Assembly (NCBI GenBank): GCA_041662205.1
Contig: JBAZSZ010000002.1
Location: 27,957 to 91,956 of the forward strand
From: Minisyncoccota bacterium
GTDB taxonomy: Bacteria > Patescibacteriota > Minisyncoccia > Phycocordibacterales > UBA9973
Length of the DNA stretch: 64,000 nt
Direction of reading: 5' to 3'
Below are positions 48,154 to 56,509 of the stretch, piece by piece. The position numbers were made by a program, and so were the translations under genes. The notes beneath the pieces are model-generated. The model ran no database searches, was not told the DNA's origin, and saw only the letters and a program-made list of their open reading frames with translations. Position 1 is the stretch's first letter. Every line of letters starts with the position of its first letter.

Positions 48154-48825
48154 TCAAAAAGCCTCAAGTAAAAACTGCTCAAAGGCAGACTCGGCATCAA
48201 TACCTTTTTTGCGGGCTTCAGGGAGAAGATAAGAAATACGAGAAGCAAAAGTTTTGAGTTGCTCGGGTGAAAATTTATTAAAATTATTTTTTAAAAGCAT
48301 ATCTTTGATTTTCCAGAAAAGCACACCAATAATTTCTTCCATAATTACTCCGGCATCCATCGCTTGTCTGAAATAAATCCAAGTATTTAATTTGTCTTTA
48401 TTCGCAAAAGCATTGGCTACTAAAAAATTATCAAATTTCTCCAACTTTACTTTTGGTAATTCAAAAATATTGAGCTGAACTTTTTTTGACCCAACTTTTT
48501 TAAAAGCATCAAGTATTGGCTTATTTAACTTCCCTTCTAAAAATATAAAAAGATTATCCGACTCAGCCATTTGTTTTAATTTATCTAAAACAAAATCTCT
48601 CGTTTCCTCATACTCAAGAATATTTTGAAAAACTACCACTGATAAAGCTGAGAAAAGACTGGCTCCGGAATAAAAGCTCTCTATTTGGATAGGATTAAAA
48701 TCATTTCTATTTATAAAAAAAATCTCCGAAGAAAGTATCCCTGCCTGTTCAGGTAGAACTTTTATGAATTTTTCATAATTTAAAATTTTATTTTTAGAGT
48801 CATCTCCAGAAAAAAGGTATAACAT
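48154..48825 (-). CDS. holA: DNA polymerase III delta-like subunit (short)
   Basis: MLYLFSGDD start, ASLF, C-terminal EQFLL; low conservation. Confidence 0.55.
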   Translation of the reverse strand: MLYLFSGDDSKNKILNYEKFIKVLPEQAGILSSEIFFINRNDFNPIQIESFYSGASLFSALSVVVFQNILEYEETRDFVLDKLKQMAESDNLFIFLEGKLNKPILDAFKKVGSKKVQLNIFELPKVKLEKFDNFLVANAFANKDKLNTWIYFRQAMDAGVIMEEIIGVLFWKIKDMLLKNNFNKFSPEQLKTFASRISYLLPEARKKGIDAESAFEQFLLEAF

Positions 48826-48846
48826 AAATATTCAACAAAAAAATGA

Positions 48847-49320
48847 TTAAAGTTTGACAGACTTTATGTACTCTAAATAAGGCTCTCCGTATTTCGCAGT
48901 TAGAATTTTTTCTTCTTTTTCTAAAAAGGCAAACTTTACTACTAAAGAAGAAATGAGCGCAAAAAAAATAACAAAAAAAGAATTCGCTATAATACCGAAT
49001 CCCACTACCATCAGAAAAATTCCAAGATTGGTTGGATTTCTAACATAATGATAAGGTCCATGGGAAAAAGATTCTTTTGTGATATTTTCATCAGGTAAAT
49101 GATGTGAAGTATATTGTGCCCAAAATATCAACGCACTACCGAATATCAAAAAAACAACACCAGCCCCTGTCAACAACGTAGAATCTGTAAAAATTTTAAT
49201 ACTAAATACTATATCTAAAAAAACAGCAAATAAAAATAAAACGAGCTGGGTAGCGTGTGAATGCGCTAAAATTTTGTGTATATTTTGTTTTTGAATACTG
49301 TCTTTATTATTGCTTTCCAT
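48847..49320 (-). CDS. Isoprenylcysteine carboxyl methyltransferase-like membrane protein
   Basis: GPYHYVRNPTN, EEKILTAKYGEPYLEY; start placed at MESNN. Confidence 0.82.
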   Translation of the reverse strand: MESNNKDSIQKQNIHKILAHSHATQLVLFLFAVFLDIVFSIKIFTDSTLLTGAGVVFLIFGSALIFWAQYTSHHLPDENITKESFSHGPYHYVRNPTNLGIFLMVVGFGIIANSFFVIFFALISSLVVKFAFLEKEEKILTAKYGEPYLEYIKSVKL

Positions 49321-49343
49321 ATTTATACTATAACACAATTATA

Positions 49344-51818
49344 TCATTTTACTTCCTGTAGATTGTCTCCAAAACCATAGTGTACTTCTAATGGAATGTC
49401 CGTTTTATAATGTAAATATGATTTTTGCAACACTCCCTCCATGGCCTCTTTTATTATTTTTTCAGCTTTTACTAATACACTTTCTTCCACTTCGTAAACT
49501 AATTCATCGTGGATTTGAAGTATTAAATGAACACTCTCTAATAAACCAGCTTCTTTCAGACCTTCTTCTGCATACCTGATAGCTAATTTAATAATGTCGG
49601 CTGCTGTTCCTTGGAGGGGGGCATTGGTCGCAGTCCGCTCTGCCATGTTTTTCAAAAATGGAATTCTGGAATTTATATTTGGGAAATTTCGGCATCTACC
49701 AAATAAAGTTTCAGTATAAGAATTTTTTAATACGAACTTTTTTACTTCTTCTAGATAATCCCGTACACCAGAAAATTGATTAAAATAATTATCATAGAAC
49801 TTTTGTGCCTCTTCGCGTGTTCCACCTAAGTTTTTTCTTAAAGCAGAAACTCCCATACCATAAATAATTCCAAAATTTATAACTTTGGCTTTACGTCGCA
49901 TTTCTTTGTCCACTTTTTCTATCGGTACACCGAAAACAAATGAAGCCACTCCCGCATGAATATCTTTTTTCTCATAAAAAACTTGGGTCATTTTTTTATC
50001 CCCTGAAAGCATTGCCGCTACCCGTAATTCAATCTGGCTATAGTCAAAAGCAACGAGCTTAAAACCTTTTGGTGCAATAAAACCACCTCGGATTCTCCTA
50101 CCAAGCTCTGTTTTAATTGGTAAATTTTGTAAATTAGGATCCTGTGAGGCAAACCTTCCCGTCGTGGTGCCATTTTGTAAAAATTTAGCATGTAAACGAT
50201 TACCAGCGTCTACCATTTTGGGTATAACATCAATATAAGTAGAGAGTAATTTTTGCAACTCTCGATAAAATAATATTTCTTTTATAATTGGATTTTCTTC
50301 TTCTAATTCTTCCAATACTGACACCTTGGTAGAAAATCCACCACTCGCATTTTTCTTTATTTTGTTTTTCCCTGGTGCTTTCATTCCCATTTTGCCAAAA
50401 AGCACTTCTCCTAATTGTTTAGGTGAATTTATATTAAATTCTGTGCCTGCTTGCTCATATATTTTTTTAGTCAAAATATCTAATTCTGTATGATATTCAA
50501 CTGACAATTTTTCAAAATATTTTTTATCTATTAAAATTCCATAATCTTCCATCTCTTTTACTATAGGAATAATAGGTTTTTCTATTTCTTCATAAACTTT
50601 TTCTAAATTATTTTCTTTTAATTTTTTGAAAATATATTCATAAGCTGTTTCAAAAGAGTTCGTGTGAGTAAAAAATAAAATATCTTCCAAATTTGGATTT
50701 GGAAGATCAGAATTAATGAGCCAGAGAGCGATACTAGCTTCTTGAAGTTTTTGTGGGTCTACGTTAGAAGAAGACTCCAGAGAATTTTTGAGCTGGTCTG
50801 GTTGAGCCCGCTCATTCAAAGAATCCTGTGCGGGCGACCCGAGGACCCGAGAAAATTCTGCTGGAGTCTTCTTCTCACCATTCTCAAAAAAATTTTTCAG
50901 CCGTGTTAATAAACTTCTAAATTCAAAAGTTGAAAAAACTTGTTCAATTTTTTTAAAATCTACACTTTCCCAAAAAGTTTTTGACGGCATTGTAAAATCT
51001 ATTGGTGTATCGGTTCTGATGGTCGCCAAAATCTTTGAAAACAAAGCTTCTTCTTCGTTGTGTTTAAGTAATTCAATCATCCTAGGACTGATGCCCGCTT
51101 TTTTAAAAATTTCTTCATCTTGTTTAATTTTTTTGTAAATTTCTTCAATAGTTCCAAATTTTGAAATTAAAATTTCAGCTGTTTTTTCACCAACTCCTTT
51201 TATGCCAATAATATTATCTGAAGGGTCTCCACGTAGGCCTTTATAGTCCGGTAAAAGTTTCGGCTTAAAATGAAACCGATTTACCATGGCATCTTCATCA
51301 TATAAAATAGTATCGTTGATTCCCTTTTTCAAAGTGTAAACCTGTACTTTTTTACCATCTACCAATTGCATAGTATCCATATCACCTGAGGCAATAATAA
51401 TTTTTATATTTTTATCTTTTTTATATTTCTCCACAATTGTTCCCAAAACATCATCCGCTTCAAAGCCAGGCGCATCATATATCGGTATGTCAAAAGCCTC
51501 AAAAATCTGACGGGAGTTTTTTAATTGAATTATTAAGGCATCCTCTGTCTTTGCTCGGCCTGCCTTGTATCCATCATGAGCTTCATGTCTAAAAGTTTTT
51601 TGGGGTAGGTCATAACAAGCCACAATATAATCTGGCTTTAATTCGGTAATTATTTTCATCAACATACTAGAAAGTCCATACAACGCTCCTGTCGGCTCAC
51701 CCGAAGATGACAGAAACTCTGGTAAGGCATGATACGCGCGGTGGATTATGGCATGGGCATCTAGTAATACTAAAGTTTTACTATTATTTATGTCACTATT
51801 TATTTTGGTTTTTGGCAT
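49344..51818 (-). CDS. polA: DNA polymerase I (5' nuclease plus polymerase, reduced middle domain)
   Basis: LDAHAIIHRAYH, EADD, DYSQIELR, AKVINFGIIYG, QIHDEL. Confidence 0.97.
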   Translation of the reverse strand: MPKTKINSDINNSKTLVLLDAHAIIHRAYHALPEFLSSSGEPTGALYGLSSMLMKIITELKPDYIVACYDLPQKTFRHEAHDGYKAGRAKTEDALIIQLKNSRQIFEAFDIPIYDAPGFEADDVLGTIVEKYKKDKNIKIIIASGDMDTMQLVDGKKVQVYTLKKGINDTILYDEDAMVNRFHFKPKLLPDYKGLRGDPSDNIIGIKGVGEKTAEILISKFGTIEEIYKKIKQDEEIFKKAGISPRMIELLKHNEEEALFSKILATIRTDTPIDFTMPSKTFWESVDFKKIEQVFSTFEFRSLLTRLKNFFENGEKKTPAEFSRVLGSPAQDSLNERAQPDQLKNSLESSSNVDPQKLQEASIALWLINSDLPNPNLEDILFFTHTNSFETAYEYIFKKLKENNLEKVYEEIEKPIIPIVKEMEDYGILIDKKYFEKLSVEYHTELDILTKKIYEQAGTEFNINSPKQLGEVLFGKMGMKAPGKNKIKKNASGGFSTKVSVLEELEEENPIIKEILFYRELQKLLSTYIDVIPKMVDAGNRLHAKFLQNGTTTGRFASQDPNLQNLPIKTELGRRIRGGFIAPKGFKLVAFDYSQIELRVAAMLSGDKKMTQVFYEKKDIHAGVASFVFGVPIEKVDKEMRRKAKVINFGIIYGMGVSALRKNLGGTREEAQKFYDNYFNQFSGVRDYLEEVKKFVLKNSYTETLFGRCRNFPNINSRIPFLKNMAERTATNAPLQGTAADIIKLAIRYAEEGLKEAGLLESVHLILQIHDELVYEVEESVLVKAEKIIKEAMEGVLQKSYLHYKTDIPLEVHYGFGDNLQEVK
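50766..50875. repeat. In-frame hairpin element in polA
   Basis: agaagaagactccag-agaatttt / aaaattct-g-ctggagtcttcttct arms; inner gcccgc/gcgggc stem. Confidence 0.9.
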
Positions 51819-51855
51819 TGTATAAATTATACCATTTAGGATATACTTTAATATA

Positions 51856-53553
51856 ATGGCTTTATTTGATGAAGAAAAACAAAATAAACAATTAGATGAA
51901 TTGCATAAACAAGAAGAAGAGCAATTAGTAGCAACACTAGCAGAATCAAAATACGGCTTACCTTATATTGATCTTTCTCGTTTGGGAATAGACAATGAAG
52001 CGCTTCGTGCCATATCTGAAAAAGATTCTAGAGAACTAAAGATAGCGCCTTTTAAACTTTTTGGAAAAAATATTTTTGTGGCCCTGCATTCCCCCACCGA
52101 TGATCTAATAAAAAGATTAAAGGATGATCTAGAAAGACATAACCTCGTGCCGACTTTTTATATGGCATCTACCGCTAGTATAAATAAAGTCTGGGAAAGA
52201 TATAAAGAACTTTCAATGGCGGAAAATTCTATCGTTGGGGGAATAGATATTTCTGGGGAAATCTTGAGAGAAACTTCAAAAAAAATAGATAAAATGCAGG
52301 ATATCCAGAAAATGGTTACCGAAGCGTTAGAAGGAAATAAAATTCATAAAATTTCTCGTCTGCTTGAAATAATTTTAGCCGGCGCAATTGCTATAAAAGC
52401 CTCTGATATCCACATCGAGCCAGAACAAAACAGGGGTAGATTAAGATTGCGTCTTGATGGAATACTTCAAGATATAAACTTTTTTGGATTGGATGTTTAT
52501 CATCTACTTAATTCTCGCATTAAATTATTAGCTGGGATGAAGCTAACATCCAAGATAGCCCAAGACGGGCGTTTTAGTATTGTTGAAGATAAAGAAGAAA
52601 TAAATATTCGTGCTTCTCTTATTCCTGGTGCATATGGGGAATCAATAGTAATGCGTATTTTGGATCCAAAATCCATCCAAGTAAAACTCGAAGAGATAGG
52701 AATAGAACCTTTCCTTTTTTCTATTATCCAAGAAGAAATTGCAAAACCAAATGGACTTATTTTAGTCACTGGACCGACTGGTTCCGGAAAAACCACTACT
52801 CTTTATGCATTTCTTCGAAAAATTTACTCTCCGGAAATAAAAATAATAACCATCGAAGACCCAGTCGAATATCATTTACCCGGAGTAACTCAAACCCAAA
52901 CCAATGAAGAGAAAGGTTACACTTTTGTCGAGGGCTTACGTTCTGCTCTACGCCAAGACCCAGATGTCGTAATGGTTGGAGAAATTCGTGACAAAGAAAC
53001 CGCTGAGATCGCCGTCCAATCAGCACTCACTGGGCATATAGTTTTCTCTACTTTACATACTAACAATGCAGCTGGGGTCATCCCCCGTCTAATTGACCTT
53101 GGGGTAAATCCTAAAATATTAGTTTCTGCTTTATCTCTTTCTATCGCTCAACGATTGGTTCGCAAATTGTGTGCTTTTTGTAAAAAAGAAAAAGTACCTA
53201 CTGAAGAAGAACTAAAAACTATTAAATTAGTTATGGAAAGTATAAAAAATGAAGGAAAAAGTCTTTCTAATTATAATATAAATCCGGATGCACCGATAAA
53301 ATTATTTTCAATTACAGGTTGTGACAAATGCAATATGACTGGTTATAAAGGACGCATTGGTATTTTTGAAGCAATAAAAACTGATGAAACTATTGAAAAA
53401 ATAATGCCTGAAAATCCAAGCGAAAGAGAAATAAAAAAAGTAGCAAGTACCCAAGGAATACTTTCTATGCGCCAAGATGGCATTGTTAAAATAATAAACG
53501 GTATTACTTCTTTTGAAGAAGTGCAAAGCGTGGTTGACTTGAAAGAGGAATAA
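51856..53553 (+). CDS. pilB: GspE/PilB-family assembly ATPase
   Basis: ASDIHIEP, GPTGSGKTT, TIEDPVEY, LRQDPD, STLHTN, CxxC pairs. Confidence 0.9.
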   Translation: MALFDEEKQNKQLDELHKQEEEQLVATLAESKYGLPYIDLSRLGIDNEALRAISEKDSRELKIAPFKLFGKNIFVALHSPTDDLIKRLKDDLERHNLVPTFYMASTASINKVWERYKELSMAENSIVGGIDISGEILRETSKKIDKMQDIQKMVTEALEGNKIHKISRLLEIILAGAIAIKASDIHIEPEQNRGRLRLRLDGILQDINFFGLDVYHLLNSRIKLLAGMKLTSKIAQDGRFSIVEDKEEINIRASLIPGAYGESIVMRILDPKSIQVKLEEIGIEPFLFSIIQEEIAKPNGLILVTGPTGSGKTTTLYAFLRKIYSPEIKIITIEDPVEYHLPGVTQTQTNEEKGYTFVEGLRSALRQDPDVVMVGEIRDKETAEIAVQSALTGHIVFSTLHTNNAAGVIPRLIDLGVNPKILVSALSLSIAQRLVRKLCAFCKKEKVPTEEELKTIKLVMESIKNEGKSLSNYNINPDAPIKLFSITGCDKCNMTGYKGRIGIFEAIKTDETIEKIMPENPSEREIKKVASTQGILSMRQDGIVKIINGITSFEEVQSVVDLKEE

Positions 53554-53584
53554 GATGTACCTTGTTTGTTGAAATAAAAAAAGA

Positions 53585-53616
53585 TGACTAGCAACACCGT
53601 AGAATGTTGCTAGTCA
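53585..53616. terminator. Hairpin terminator (U-tract on the minus strand)
   Basis: tgactagcaaca-ccgtagaa-tgttgctagtca. Confidence 0.75.
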
Positions 53617-53629
53617 AGATGGCAGAGAG

Positions 53630-53722
53630 CTAAGAGCTCTCTGCCGGGGGAGGGATTTTTTTCTTTTTTTTCTTTTTTTTCTTGGGAGGTTTTTTCTCCC
53701 AATTTAATGGTCCGTTGCACAT
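53630..53722 (-). CDS. Candidate 30-aa Lys/Pro-rich peptide
   Basis: MCNGPLNWEKKPPKKKKKKKKKIPPPAESS*, preceded by AAAGGAGGTGGTCCA. Confidence 0.5.
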   Translation of the reverse strand: MCNGPLNWEKKPPKKKKKKKKKIPPPAESS

Positions 53723-53820
53723 AATGGACCACCTCCTTTTTTCTTTTAAAATTTAAAAACTATTTCTTTTAAGATAATACTATTATGTTTGAAAAAGTAA
53801 ATAGGAAATATAGAGTACTA

Positions 53821-53883
53821 TATTTCGACGGCACTCGGACATTAAACAAATAAATTTGTTTATGCTCCTCGTTTGTCGAAATA
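53821..53883. repeat. Intergenic hairpin element
   Basis: tatttcgac/gtcgaaata outer arms, taaacaaat/atttgttta inner stem. Confidence 0.65.
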
Positions 53884-53889
53884 AAAAAA

Positions 53890-54031
53890 GCATTAATCTC
53901 TAAACAATCCTTTCAGAGCTGAGCTCCAAAAGTAATAAAATATTATAGGATAGCCCCAGAAACTAATAAAAGCTCCAAAACGTCCTATGCAAATTCATAT
54001 AACCTATGGCTGATTGCTTAGAGATTAATGC
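53890..54031 (-). ncRNA. Candidate structured ncRNA of about 140 nt
   Basis: 20-bp closing stem followed by T7 on the minus strand; TATAAT about 35 nt upstream. Confidence 0.4.
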
Positions 54032-54217
54032 CTTATTTAAATATCAATAAAAAACTTCTAACAATATTATACTATATGCTAAAGCAAGCAAATGCTATAA
54101 TGTTGATAGCTATGTTGATACCCTGTTGATAAATGTACTACATATACAACATAGCATATAAAAAAATTAATGTCAACCCCCATCATTAGTAAATGATAGA
54201 TTTAACAAAAAACCCTT

Positions 54218-55243
54218 ATGAAAAAAGACAAAGAACAAGATAAGAAAAAAGAAACAACGGATAATTCATTTCTAGATCAAACTCTCCGTCCTACCAAATG
54301 GAATGAATATATCGGTCAAAAACACATAAAAGACAACGTTAAAATCTTGCTACGGGCAGCTCTTGAACGTGGACATATTCCTGAACACATTCTTTTTTAT
54401 GGACCTCCTGGATTAGGAAAAACTACTTTGGCACACTTAATCGCCAAAGAAACGGGCAGACAAATGAAAATCACTTCTGGACCAGCAATTGAAAAAGTGG
54501 GTGACCTAGCTTCTATCCTGACGAATCTAGCTTCCGGTGACATTCTTTTTATAGATGAAATTCATCGACTCAATAAAATGGTTGAAGAAATACTCTACCC
54601 TGCTATGGAGTCTGGGGTTTTAGATATTATTATCGGTAAGGGTCCCTCTGCGCGCACCATCCAGCTCGACCTACCACCCTTTACTTTGATAGCTGCCACT
54701 ACTCGAGTAGCGATGGTTTCCTCCCCGCTTCGTTCCCGTTTCTCTGGCGGAGTTTTTCGCTTGGAATTTTATTCCAATGAAGAAATTGGAGAAATTGTAA
54801 AAAGATCAAGTGATCTTTTGAAAATAACTTTAGAAGAAGATGCCTTAAAAGAAATCGCTAAAAGAAGTAGATTCACCCCTCGTACAGCAAATTATTTTTT
54901 GAAGCGTTGTCGTGATTTTGCTCAAGTAAGTAAAAAAAATTTAGATAAAAAAACAATTAGAGAAGCTCTCGACATGCTCGCGATCGATGACATTGGTTTA
55001 AATTCTTCAGATAGAAAGTTTTTAGAAATATTAATTGAAAAATTTGGTGGCGGGCCTGTAGGATTAAAAACTGTCGCTGCAGCGATGTCAGAAGAAGAAG
55101 CAACCGTAGAAGAAGTGATAGAACCATATTTAATCCAACTTGGCTTATTAGAACGCACTGCTCGCGGAAGAATAGCTACAAAGAAAGCATATGTACATTT
55201 AGATTTTCAGTTACCTGAAGAAAAACAAAGTAAATTAATCTAG
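54218..55243 (+). CDS. ruvB: Holliday junction helicase RuvB
   Basis: LRP, GPPGLGKTT, FIDEIHRL, EPYLIQ, RTARGR. Confidence 0.98.
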   Translation: MKKDKEQDKKKETTDNSFLDQTLRPTKWNEYIGQKHIKDNVKILLRAALERGHIPEHILFYGPPGLGKTTLAHLIAKETGRQMKITSGPAIEKVGDLASILTNLASGDILFIDEIHRLNKMVEEILYPAMESGVLDIIIGKGPSARTIQLDLPPFTLIAATTRVAMVSSPLRSRFSGGVFRLEFYSNEEIGEIVKRSSDLLKITLEEDALKEIAKRSRFTPRTANYFLKRCRDFAQVSKKNLDKKTIREALDMLAIDDIGLNSSDRKFLEILIEKFGGGPVGLKTVAAAMSEEEATVEEVIEPYLIQLGLLERTARGRIATKKAYVHLDFQLPEEKQSKLI

Positions 55244-55265
55244 GCAAGGCCTAGATAAAAATATT

Positions 55266-55772
55266 ATGAGAATTTTAGGAATAGATCCAGGATATGAGAG
55301 GTTGGGAATTGCTGTACTAGACCCCGTCACTCATGAGCGACGGGGTGAAAAACAACACACCGTTGTTTTTTCTAAATGTTTTAAAACTTCAGCTAAATTA
55401 GAATTCAATGAAAGATTGAAATTAATCGGTGAGGAAGTAAAAAAAATAATAAAAAAATATAAACCAGAAGTTTTAGCTATTGAAACTTTATTTTTAAATA
55501 CTAATCATAAGACTGTTATGAAAGTCGCCGAAGCACGAGGAGTAGTGATTTACGAAGCCTCCTGCGCGAGGCTTGAAATATTTGAAGCTTCTCCTCCCCA
55601 AATAAAAATAGCCACTACTGGTTATGGTAAAGCCAATAAAGAACAAATAATCAAAATGGTAAAAATTTTAGTGGATATGAATAATAAAATTTCCCCGCTG
55701 GGGCGGGAATCTGATGATGAACTAGACGCTATCGCAATAGCACTGACGGCTTCTGCTTGTATGAGACCTTGA
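55266..55772 (+). CDS. ruvC: Crossover junction endonuclease RuvC
   Basis: ILGIDPG, AIETLF, EARGV, TGYGKANK, DELDAIAIA. Confidence 0.95.
   Translation: MRILGIDPGYERLGIAVLDPVTHERRGEKQHTVVFSKCFKTSAKLEFNERLKLIGEEVKKIIKKYKPEVLAIETLFLNTNHKTVMKVAEARGVVIYEASCARLEIFEASPPQIKIATTGYGKANKEQIIKMVKILVDMNNKISPLGRESDDELDAIAIALTASACMRP
55321..55346. repeat. In-frame palindrome in ruvC
   Basis: accccgtcactca/tgagcgacggggt, one mismatch. Confidence 0.75.
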
Positions 55773-56253
55773 GATAATGTTCATCAACCTAGAAAAGTTT
55801 TAAAATGCAGAATCATTGCTATAAAAATAGAAAAAATGTTATTTCTATTTACTTTTTTACCTTTTATCACTAAACCGCTACCAGTAATTATCAAAAAGGC
55901 ATTACATTTTTTACAAGAAAAATCATCAAAATCGTGCGGATATTGAATCTTACATTTACTAAAATAAATCATTTTGAAAAATTTCGGGTTGAATAAACAA
56001 AATACCGCCTTGTCGGCGGGAAAACCTCATGAATAATCCTCAAATAGAGAACAAAGAAACACAAGATCTATTTTTTATTTTAATTTAACAACTTAATAAG
56101 GTTAATTTATAATTTTTAATTATCTTTTATTGCTCTCGTAAATTCCGTCTACATATAATAACAAATTTTTTTTAAAAACAAAAGAAAAGATAAAATATTC
56201 TTTTTAATTATATTATTTCTGCTTTTTTGTGATAAATTACAATATTATTTAGA

Positions 56254-56262
56254 GTTATCCAC
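56254..56262 (+). promoter_or_regulatory. Perfect DnaA box
   Basis: TTATCCACA just upstream of a TTGCCA -35-like hexamer. Confidence 0.6.
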
Positions 56263-56339
56263 ACTTGCTATTGCCAAGCTTTTTATATTTTGATACAAAG
56301 TAGGCATTAGTAGTTTATTTAATATAAAAATAAATTTTT

Positions 56340-56468
56340 ATGTATGATGAGGATGAAGAAATAAAAGATAATTTTAAGTTTGGGGTAGATGAGGACGAAC
56401 CTTTAGATATGTTGGACGAAATAAATGATTTTGGTTTAGACGAAGAAGACCCGGATAGAGATGGATAG
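56340..56468 (+). CDS. Small, highly acidic protein (42 aa)
   Basis: MYDEDEEIKDNFKFGVDEDEPLDMLDEINDFGLDEEDPDRDG*, followed by a terminator. Confidence 0.65.
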   Translation: MYDEDEEIKDNFKFGVDEDEPLDMLDEINDFGLDEEDPDRDG

Positions 56469-56479
56469 TGTTGTAAAGT

Positions 56480-56509
56480 AAAAATCCGCCGTGAGTGGCG
56501 GATTTTTTT
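56480..56509. terminator. Bidirectional terminator
   Basis: aaaaatccgcc-gtgagt-ggcggattttttt. Confidence 0.85.

Noticed and set aside
48738-48757. cctgcctgttcaggtag palindrome in holA (LPEQAG) as another insert
   Set aside because: Short and imperfect; cannot be separated from chance without ortholog alignment.
55784-55972. 62-aa ORF with Cys residues as a real zinc-finger gene
   Set aside because: Only one complete CxxC and no clear start signals; it may be a remnant but is unsupported.
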